From Proteromonas lacertae (lineage: Eukaryota): DNA of 64,000 nt. Location: assembly GCA_002245135.1 (NCBI GenBank), contig NGBS01000323.1, forward strand, positions 1 to 64,000, read 5' to 3'. A program made the position numbers and the translations under genes. Shown here piece by piece: positions 53,340 through 64,000 of this stretch (its first letter is position 1; each line of letters opens with the position of its first letter). The notes under the pieces were generated by a model. That model did not search any database. It worked only from the letters and a program-made list of their open reading frames with translations, and had not been told where the DNA came from.

Positions 53340-54263
53340 CCATCAAGCCTTAAGTATTCCAAACTAGATATATTCGAAAAACTATCACAAATGTATTTCA
53401 CACCATCATCAGTAATAAAGTTGCTTTTTAAATCCAATCCAGTCAATTCAGTAATGTAACTACTATATTCATTAAAATATTTCATTCCAACATCTGATAT
53501 ATAATCATCTATCAACAATAATAATAGGTTAGACTATATACATGTAAGATGTAGATTGTGAAGATGTGGAGTGCTTTTGAAGTTTTTACATAAATATTTA
53601 AATCCTTTATCATCTATTTCAGAGTCTATTCATATATATATATTTATATATATATACGAGTTATAGAAATTTCTCTAATATAAATATTTCTGATATTATA
53701 ACACAAATAATCATAGTCACTTTGATTTTCTGAATACTTTATATTGTTCAATACTAATTGTCCTATATTAATTCTGCACTTTCTTATAGCATCCTTAAAT
53801 GCATCTTCTATTGAATAGAATATTAATTAAATGGTATTATACTAGTGAATGGATCGATTGGGAAATTGTTATAAACAATAAACTCATATTTGTGTTTTAA
53901 AAACTTCTTTTTCTGTTTGTTATAATTAGGATCATTGAAGTTTTCATATTCTAACATAATTTCATCCTCTAAATATCCTAATCTTTCATTACTTTCATTT
54001 TTTATAGATTTCAACAAATCACCTTCGTTTACATTTAACAATTCTTTTAATTTACATATGCAATACATCTTTTTATAAATATTTCCACAATTAGATTCAT
54101 TATACCTTAGTCTTAAGAAGTTTTTATCTATTTGATCAACATAAAAAGGAATTAAATCATATAATGATAACTTTGATAGTACTTGAATATTTTCTAATAA
54201 ATGTAACACTATTTTAGGAGGAATTGAAGAGATATCTATTGTCTCTACTATGTAATTATCCAT
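53033..54263 (-). CDS. Leucine-rich-repeat protein (RNI-like)
   Basis: Repeats such as LTGLDLKSNFITDDG, LEYLRLDDNECISDEG and LRVLEIYENNITEDG after splicing about five short introns. Confidence 0.75.
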
Positions 54264-54466
54264 AATATTAAATTATTTGATAAACTAATTAAAAATATAT
54301 GTGCGGAACTATTAAAAACTCTGTTAAAACACTAAAAAAACTAAAAAAGATATACTTGAAACGTATATATTTTCAAAATTAAAAAAAACAATAGAATGAA
54401 ATATAACTGGTTAATAATAATATATAGAATTTATATATCTTTTTTTTAAATCACAATAACATATTT

Positions 54467-57400
54467 TTAACTCTCAGTTCCTGGAATATATAAAGTCTTA
54501 AATCTAGCAGCATTCTGTTGTAAGAAGTGTAATAATTTACTTTGAATCAAACCAGTGGTAGATGGAGACAAGCAATTACCTCTAAATCCAATCAAAGCTC
54601 TTCTTCTCTTAGCTAATTCGAATTCATCCTCTTCACTCTGTACTCCTTCAATCATATCAGCCAATATTTCTTGCAAACCTTCTTCATCCTTCACTACACT
54701 ATGTACTTCCATCATAAAGTCTCTGAATCTATCATGATATAGAACATCAGCCCATTCCTCTTCTAAGAAGTCCAATAAATCAGGAATTCTACCTTCATTA
54801 TATGTAGCAACTAAACTATTCACATAACTTTGATGAACTCCAATAAGTTGTTCTAAATGAGAATAATTAACTTGTTTATCACTCAAGCATGTAATTGCAG
54901 CTATAATATCATCTTTATCTAAACTGATCTTACAATATCTCGTTCTACCAGGAACAGCAGTAACAATTTCAGCTAATGGAGTTTCACCTTCTTTCAACTT
55001 ACTAGCGAAGAAGTAATTCAAATTGAATGGAACATTACATCTTACTGTTCGAGGTAAATTAAACACTGGTGGTTCATGAGTTTCTTCATTTACATCTGAA
55101 TAATCAGCGACTGGATCAATAAAGTATAATAATGATTGTGATAAACAATATCCAGCTTCTAAACTATTATATAACTCCATTCTTCCACCATGTCTGTATC
55201 TTCTACTCCATTTAGCTATTGTACCAGCTGCAAATATATTCTTATCTGTTGTTCTGAAGAATGAATCAACCACTAATCTACCATCATATACTAAACCTGT
55301 ATTGTTAATAGCAGAAAAGATATAAGGATCTACATCATGTTGATCAGCGCAAACTAATAAGTTACATTCTATTACATCTTCACTTTTACTACCATCATCA
55401 TTGAATACTGTGAAAACAGCACCTTCTAGATTACCTCTTCCATCGATCTTTAATTCCTTTAATTTGTGATGGGCAATGACTTTAACTCCTCCCATTTGGA
55501 ACTGATCATTTAATGTGTCTTGAACACAGCCATTATCACCAATTAGAGTATTTAATGTCTATATAAAAAATAATATATATATATATACCTTTGACATAAC
55601 CAAACTAATACTTCCTCTTAAAGCACCTGAATTCTGTGCAATACAATAATTCACACATGTTAATGCTTCCATTGAACTACCATATACTACTACATAACCA
55701 CCATTATCTATTATATCATTAATATATTCACCAGCTTTACCTACACTCTCTCTACCACCAGCAAATAAGACTTGAGGTGGAATTGGACCAACTTTTTCTA
55801 GAAATTTCTTAGTACTGTCTTGTAAACCAGGTGTTAATACCAATGAATCATACGGAATAACTTTCTCATTATCTAATATTGCACATTTATTTTCTCTATC
55901 TAAATCTACTACATAGTTATTGACTATCTTTACTCTGCTTTCAAATCCTTTTAAATGTAAATCTTGTGATGTATAACATGAATCTCTTTGTGCAATACTA
56001 TCAACATCTTGATAAGGTAATCCTAATGGTGAAACTAATATAATATTGGTGAAGAATAAGTATGGAATAAATATTAGATTTTCTATTGCACTTAAACCGC
56101 AATCTGAAGCACCGACTACTACAATTCTGTGGTTTAATTTGATTCTTGGTTCTGTGAGATATTTGTATGGTAAAATAGATAATGCAAATATTGAATTTAG
56201 TGTAAGATTTTCCATTGATTTTCTAGATCTAGGCTTGACTTGAATAAACTCTTCAATAATAGTAGAGAATATTCTATCAGGGTAGATTCTATAATATAAT
56301 AATTCCTTCTGATAATATCTCATTACTTCTTGCAAACAGAATCTACTAGCTGGTATAAACAATGGATTAATAACAAAATGTAAAACAGTAGCTTGATTCT
56401 TTGATAAATACTCTTTTATATCACAATAATCTTCAACAGCAAAATTGTTACAAGTCCAAGTAACTAACTGACGAGTAGTGTATTCTCTTGTACAAATAGT
56501 CAAACCTACGATTTGTTCTTGGTAGATAAACGCAAATGCAGCTTGTTCAGGATTATTTTCTATTGGTTCATTGTATATTTGTAAAACATGTTGTAATGAC
56601 TGCAATATTTCATCTTTATTATTTACATTACTTAATATATTCTTTATTCTAGGAACATCATCTAATACAATTTGTCTAAGTGTCAAATCTCTCATTGCAC
56701 TGAGTGTATTTCTATGTATTATATATAAATTATGACTGAATGAATGATCTACTTTATTAGGGACTCTAATCATTGATTGTAATAGTGGGAATGGTCTTGC
56801 TGATGGTGGCATTGTTAATATTAAATAATCCATATTAGGGAAACATTCAAAGGCAGAATCTAAGAAATCAATTGATCTACTTTGGAAGCTTTCATCTACG
56901 CAGAATAATGTAACTCCAAATGCATTGGGTCTGGTTGGAATTGTGACTGGAGTTGCTTTCAATATTTCTATTTCTCGAACTTTCTTTTTGTAGTTTGTAT
57001 CAAATATTAATTTTTCCACTGCAGTGTAAACTGTATCAATTGTTCCAGTACCATCAACAACGGTAATTGGTAATCCATTTTCTATTTCTTCAATATGTTC
57101 TCGATATAATGATAATTGTACTGCCAATGTTGCTTCTGAATCTTCATCATTCATTTCACATCGATCAGATATCTCAGCTGGAGGTGGATTGAAGTCTTTA
57201 TGATATATTTCACCTGTAACTGTATCATATAATCTACCTTGCATGTGTTCTATTCCACAGGTTTCATCAGTTTCTATTAATATAACAAAAGTTGGAGTAT
57301 TTCCACTATCACATAACATTTTATAATCACTTACTGTTTTGATCATTCCATCTAAGATATAACCACTTTCATTAATATCAAATCCCTTTAATTTCTCAAT

Positions 57401-59234
57401 GGCTAATTTGATGAGTAGTTCGTGTGGGACTTTTTGACCACTTTGACTGAATTCTCTAATTGCTTGAACTTCTGGACATCTCATTGTATTGATTTGTTCC
57501 ATTAATATTTCTGGTGATATTATCTTATATCCATATCGCTTTGCTAATAATCTGGCTTGGGTTGTCAAACCTGAACAAGGAGGACCAATTAATGCGATTT
57601 TTTGACCACGGAAACTATTTTATATAATATAAATAGTGATATATACAAGGGATTTACTTTATAATCATATTCTTGATATAAATCTGCTAGTAATTTCTTA
57701 TTAATTTTCTGATTGTTTGGATCATCTTCGCTGAGTTGTGGCAATGCTTTGAAATTAAGACAATATCTAATATCTTCTTCTAAATTGCCATCATAATCAT
57801 ATAAATTTGGATTTCCTCCTTTCTCTGTTTCTGCTGCTTTTAATTGTCTTAAATATATATTCAATTTTTGGAAAAAACTTCTTACATCTGTTTCGTATAG
57901 TTTTTCTTCTTCATTTCCGGCATTTTTCTTATCTTTCTTACTTTCCTTCTTAGCTTCAGCTGCTGCATCATCTGGACAACATAATGCTAGAATAGTTGTG
58001 AAAATATGATATCTATCTTCCAATTCGCCATCTCTCATGTACCATTCATAGAATCGATCTAATATGATTCTATCATTTCTCTCAGCCAATAATGGTTGAT
58101 ACACTTTTTGAAAATCATTGAAAGTGATTTGATTGTCTTTTCCTAAATTCAAAGCACAAATCACATCCAAGCCAAGCTCGTTTGGTTGAACTTTTGTTGT
58201 ATATCCCCATTTCTCACCTTTGGCGTTTAAATATTTGTACAAACTATTATATAACTCCTTGGGCATTCCTTCTTCACGCTTCTTAGGGAAGTCCTTTTGG
58301 AATTCTTGCCAATTCTCTTCAATAATTTTTGTCCAATGAACTGGTTTAATTACTTCTTCTTTAATGATTTCCTATTCATATGTATAAATTATGATATAAT
58401 ATATACATCTAATTCTTTTACTAAATTATCATAAGGTTCTAATTGGAAAGACTCTTGTAATACCTTTAAATCAATTTCAGTGGATATTGCCATTATACCA
58501 ACTGCTACTTTTTTGGGATTTAATCCAACCAATACTTTGTTATTATCATCAACACCATAAATCACATCAGCCAAGAAGAAATCACCATAAATACTACGTA
58601 ATACTTCTGATTGACTTTCAAATATTGGTACTAAATCATCATGATCTTGAATTCTAGCTGGTCTGATTAATAAATTAGGAATTAAGGTTTCTCTTGGAAA
58701 TATGTATACTGATGGTTCTAAAGCAAGTTCTTCACTACCATCTTCTTGTGACATTATTTTTTTCTCTCTTTCTTCTTCTTCTTCTGTTAATGGTGGCAAT
58801 ATAAACATTGAAGATAATGGTTTATAAAGTAATACACCATCTGGCTTATATAACATGCATACATCAATTAATGGTAAGATACCAAAGGCAGATGTTAATA
58901 TTTGTTTTAATGCTTCTGTATCATACAATTCTGCAGCCACAAAATATGATAACCATAAAGTAGACGATACCATAAATTCAGGATATGCATAATGACTATC
59001 AAACCATCCTACGAAATTATCATTGTATCTTTCAGGAGGTTCATTTTTGAATGCAGCGAATGCAACTAGATCGTCCTCAGCAGTGACAGCTACAACTGAC
59101 AATATACTGTGTTCCAGAATCGATAGAACGGGATTATCACCAAACACAGCTGAACTTTCTGCTCTCTGAGAATTGATTAACTTTTTAATATCGCTTAGAT
59201 CATTAACATCAGCTCTTCTCACAAGCAAATCCAT
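54467..59234 (-). CDS. CFAP61: Cilia- and flagella-associated protein 61 with an internal adenylate-kinase-like insertion (1556 aa spliced)
   Basis: IRPARIQDHDDLVPIF, FQLEPYDNLVK, NAFGVTLFC..FQSRSIDFL, RIVVVGASDCGLS and GLVYDGRLVVD..FRTTD motifs. Introns 58372-58406, 57615-57646 and 55559-55588 leave 4671 nt in one frame. Confidence 0.92.
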
Positions 59235-59386
59235 CTATCAAAACGATTTTTAAAAAAACCACTTATATCAAGCTTTACATTCAAGCTCAATGACTTTCGA
59301 AAATATTTTTTCATTCACCCCAAAATTAAAAACTTTAAAAATTTCACACATATATAAATATACACATATAGAAAAACAAATAAATA

Positions 59387-60835
59387 TCACTTGCTTGGAT
59401 CTCCATTCGAAGAAGATCGATTATTATGAAAGAGACTACTCTCACTCGAATGATCGTTATTATTCTTCTTATTGATAGTATTATTAGTAATAGATGTTTT
59501 TACATTGTTCGTACTACCTAATATACCTTTATTACTATATATTCTTTTCATATTATTGAATGTATCCCTACCAGATCCTTTCGATCCACCTCTTGTAGTA
59601 GTATGTCTACTGGGAGTGTTGATATAACATGAATCTAAGCATTGATTGGCTGTAGTATTACTCTGAATAGCTCTGTCTAGATTAGTATCACTTTCTGCAG
59701 TGAATTTAGCTAATATACAGTATCGATTCTCTAAATATTTATCTTGTTTTTTATTATGATCTCTTAATGGCAAATTCTTCATTTTTCTACATCTACAGGT
59801 TTTAGTAGATCGAAATTCTTGTAAATCACATCTTAGCTTATACAGCTGTATAAAAGGTCTTATATCCATTTGCATAGGGTTATTTATACTAGTTGATTGT
59901 TGTAGTGATGGAATACTAGCATAAAACCATTCTTGTAACGAACTTTGAAATTTAATTGGCTCTTCTATTACTTCTGGAAAATCATGACAAAATTTGTAAA
60001 AACCTATTCTACTTAGAACGGTATTACTTTCATCATCTTCATATATTTCCACTAACTCTTTATAATTTGATGGAAAACCAGGTGGAAATTCTTTTTTTCT
60101 ATTACTTAGATTTTCTATTATTATTTTATAACTATTTATATTAATTTGATTGGTGGCTTCTTCATCAAATAAATTAAAAATTACTATTAAAATAATAATA
60201 TATAATATATACAATCTAACATTTGTTGTGGTCGAAGATGTATAAACATCATAGTAATTAGAAAAAATTCATTATAATTTATTCTTTCAACTATATTTAT
60301 ATCATACAATAACCATATAAAATGAATATAAGGAGGATGTAATATATCACCAAATACTCCAACTAAATCTGATTCATATAAATAACTTGAAAAAATGGAT
60401 TTAATTGAATCATATAACAGTCGGATTGGATATATATAAGTATCTGGTAGTAAGGATGTATCTATAAATTGAAGGGTCTCTTGAGATAGTTCAGCTTTTA
60501 CTGCACTAGAGAAGGGATGAAAAAATTTATTGATGCTGTGTTTAACATGCATCTATAGATAAATAAATGTATAATATACGAATGGAATATCTAATGGTGG
60601 TACTGTAATCTCATATTTACTTTGGAAAGTTACATGTTCATTTACTTCTAAGAATAAAAAATCAATTAATCATACCTGCCTTTGATTTCCTCACTGTCTG
60701 ATCATTTGCTAGATTAGTTGCAGAATTTGACCTACTTGCATATTCAGATGGCATTGAGGCAGAAAAACACTCACTTTCCATTTGCTATTGAATTATATAC
60801 AATAAGAAAAATACATTTCCATAGGTATTATACAT
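59387..60835 (-). CDS. EF-hand-like (calcineurin-B/NCS-like, degenerate) protein
   Basis: Four introns splice in frame from ATG 60835; IWLLYDINIVERINYNEF and IFNLFDEEATNQINI look like degenerate EF-hands. Confidence 0.55.
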
Positions 60836-61042
60836 TTCTAAACCTCAATTTTAAAACAAACTGATCTGAAACGAATATCAAAAAATATATGGGTTTTTAT
60901 ACTAACGATAATATTTTCAAAAACTGAAGAAGAAAACCTTTAACCGAACAGAAGCTTGTCTCATTCAAATCACCTCTTTTTAAAATTCATTAGCGCCATC
61001 TAATAACAGCAAGATTCTGATTTTATAAATTTTCATTGAAGC

Positions 61043-62629
61043 ATGCCAAAGGGTACCAAAAGGAAGTCTGATGATATAGATAATACAACAGTCATTCCTT
61101 CTTACACACCATATATAACTAATGAAGAGCATTCTAAATCTAATTCTAATGAAGCAATATTGGATACAGTCATTTGGAAAGAATCTCCCGGTTCTCAAAG
61201 AACATTTTCGCACATATCGTATAATTACAATATTATGATGAATATAGAAAAGATAATATAGATGAGGGATTGTCAAAATTACAGAATCTAAAGAAGAAAC
61301 TATACGCAATAGCTCCTAACCCATCTGACCCAGTTTCACCTCCTCCTGTTGCATTTAGCCTTGGCAATGAAGATGCATTTTATTTAGGAAGTCAAACAGA
61401 TGATATGAATGAAATTGTATCAGCTGCCTTTAAAAGTCCAAATGAGAAGAATAAATCAAAAATACAACAACAACAAACACCTACAAATGTACAATCTACA
61501 GTAATATCACCGATTCAATCAAAACCAATACAAAAACAAGAATCTTTTAACAAAACAACAAATTATCTTCAATCGAGTATAGTCAAAACAAAAACAATTA
61601 ATAATAATAATAATAATAATATTCCATCATATAATCCATTAAAGAAAGTAGATACAAATAGAATGAATAAACAGGTGAAGAATAACTCCATAAATAAAAC
61701 ACCAATATCAAAATATCAACAGCAACAACAGCAACAACCGCAAAAACAACAACAAAATATAACTACACCATCACCACCTCCTCCTCCAATATTATCTAAA
61801 TCAGCATCATTACAATTAATCAAACCACTCAAGCCAAATACCGTAATTAACAGTAGTAATATATCTAAATCTAATAGTAACAGTATGACTTCTATTGATT
61901 TAGATGATGAAGATATAGATTGGGCTGTAATTGATTTGATCGAATCTTCTCAAAATAGTACATCTAATTCATGTTCAAATCCACCAACTACCACTACTAC
62001 CACTAATAATAATAATGAGAATAATGGTAAAGTTAGACATTTTTCAATGATTAATGAAATGAAACAAATACCATCTAATACACATAATACAAGTACAAGT
62101 ACAAGTACAGTTAATACAGTGTCTTCTCCACCTAGGAAGACAATGAGATTGAATAGCAATAATCCAATTAGTCCAAGTAAAACATTACCAATTAAATACA
62201 ATAATAAACCAAATCAATTAAAACAAACTTCATCTTTACCACCATCTAAATCTATATCTAATAATAACAATAATATTAAACCAATTAATCATTCATTAGT
62301 AATCAATACAATCAATAAAGGTATTAATAAAATACATTCTCCCATTATTAATACATCAATATTGACAACTACGCCAATAAACATACAACAGCAACAGCAA
62401 CAGCAACATTCATGTAATAATAATTCGTTTATTATTCCACCAACAACTACAATGCCATCCTCTACATTATATTCATCATCAACATTTATATCCAAATCAC
62501 CTATCAATTTCCCTAATAATGATAAAGATGAGAATGAAGATGATAGTCTAACATTTGATGAGAGATATGTTAATTGGGATGAAATAGAGAATATGGAACA
62601 ATTATCTCAATCACAACAACAACAACAAC

Positions 62630-62671
<42 letters not shown>

Positions 62672-64000
62672 TAATGGTATTTCCAGTAGAAGTTGAATAT
62701 AATAATAATATCAACTTACAACAAACTCCAATTGATTTAGATCAAATTAAAAGAAAAGATTTAAACTATTATATTGATAATAAGAACAATCAATATAATG
62801 TACCAACAGATAGTAAGTTATGGACTAATACTTCAACGCCGTTAACATCAGTATTAATCAACAAGAATAATAATAATAAAGAAAAAGATAAAGAAATATT
62901 TATAATAAAATATATGCAATTAAAAATAATCAATATAAAAGAAACAGATAAACCATTAAAAGGATTGATACTAGAGACACTACATCTAGTTACAAATCAA
63001 AATATAGTCGTTTTATTAACGGATATATGGATGAATTATAAACCCTCTAAAAACACAATAATCAATATAATACAAGACTATGCAAATCCACCTATATATT
63101 ACAGTAATATTGATATAGTCGTTTCAAATACACAACATTGGTTAATTATTAATCCAATGAGATTTATCAGTTGTACAACAATCTCCACTTCATTTAGTTG
63201 TATTAGAAAAACAGTTTTAGATGACTATTTCTCTACAAATATTCAAACTAAAGCTATGATTTATGGATCAATAAAACATGATTTATTTGAATATGCTATA
63301 ACTAATCATATTACAGATGATAATGAGTTAATGATATTTATAACAAACATTATACCTCGTTATTATGACAATATGATTCAAGCAAATATGACAATTGAAG
63401 ATATAAACTCATTGAAATATATAACAAATTGTGTAAAGAATTATATTCAAACATATACTACAACCAATGGAGGACCTTTACCATTTAATAATAAAATATA
63501 TAATTTAAAAATTGAAGATATAATCTCAACAGAAGATCAAATATTTTCACCAATTTGGGGAATTAAAGGAATTATTGATATAGTAACAAGAAGCTAAGAT
63601 TAAACAATAATAGTAATAATAGTAATATAATATTTCCATTAGAATTAAAAACAGGTAAAAAGAATCAATATACATCTGTTTCACATAATGCTCAATTATT
63701 GTTATATTCATTATTATTATCTGAAGTATATGGAACATTTCCATTTATTAACTCTTTACCATGTGGTTCTTTAGTGTATTTATCATCTCAAGTTGAATAT
63801 AATGAAATGAAGAAATTGAATAATGTTAAGAAAGAAAGTGAAGGATATGTTACTGAAGGAATTAATACAATGAAGTTTGAATTGAAGAATATTGTTAACC
63901 AGAGGAATATATTGTCAGAGTATTCAATAGATAAATGTAAATCAAATGATATAGATATAGAAGATTTATATAAAGTATATTATTATATTTTCACACTATT
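61043..64000 (+). CDS. DNA2: DNA replication nuclease/helicase Dna2 (runs off window)
   Basis: ISCTTISTSFSCIRKTVL, MIYGSIKHDLFE, EDQIFSPIWGIKGIID and LELKTGK..HNAQLLLY nuclease motifs after a long N/Q/T-rich N-terminus; frameshifts near 61200 and 63595. Confidence 0.9.

Overview
This is a gene-dense, very AT-rich eukaryotic nuclear window, not a prokaryotic one. Genes are split by tiny GT-AG introns, mostly about 25-36 nt, with 5' GTAT and 3' TAG ends, and intergenic gaps are often under 100 bp. The gene content includes CFAP61, a mastigoneme-type EGF module and Blastocystis-style He_PIG surface-protein motifs. I infer a flagellated, Blastocystis-related stramenopile such as Proteromonas, but this is not proven. 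About 19 protein-coding genes can be built by hand-splicing: a giant tandem-repeat coiled-coil protein ending in a dynein-MTBD-like domain, an unknown gene, a bacterial-like PLP decarboxylase, PUS10, a hidden 71-aa Dad1 (DASH/Dam1) gene missed by the ORF track, a GST/eEF1Bgamma-like protein, CRIPT, a 5xRGS protein, a voltage-gated K+ channel with a secreted-type ectodomain, a GT61 glycosyltransferase, YIPF5/Yip1, Sec14-GOLD, a long low-complexity protein, PKG, a ~14.5-kb surface-protein gene, an SLC34 phosphate transporter, an LRR protein, CFAP61 with an inserted degenerate adenylate kinase, an EF-hand-like protein and DNA2. Many genes carry single-base-insertion frameshifts; comparison of repeat copies suggests these are sequencing or consensus errors. 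The best leads are (1) the giant surface protein built from mosaic constant/variable repeats and fused to a mastigoneme-like C-terminus, (2) the receptor-like K+ channel, (3) the CFAP61 pseudo-adenylate-kinase fusion and (4) the stand-alone MTBD on a giant coiled coil. All family assignments come from motif recognition by eye; no database search was run.
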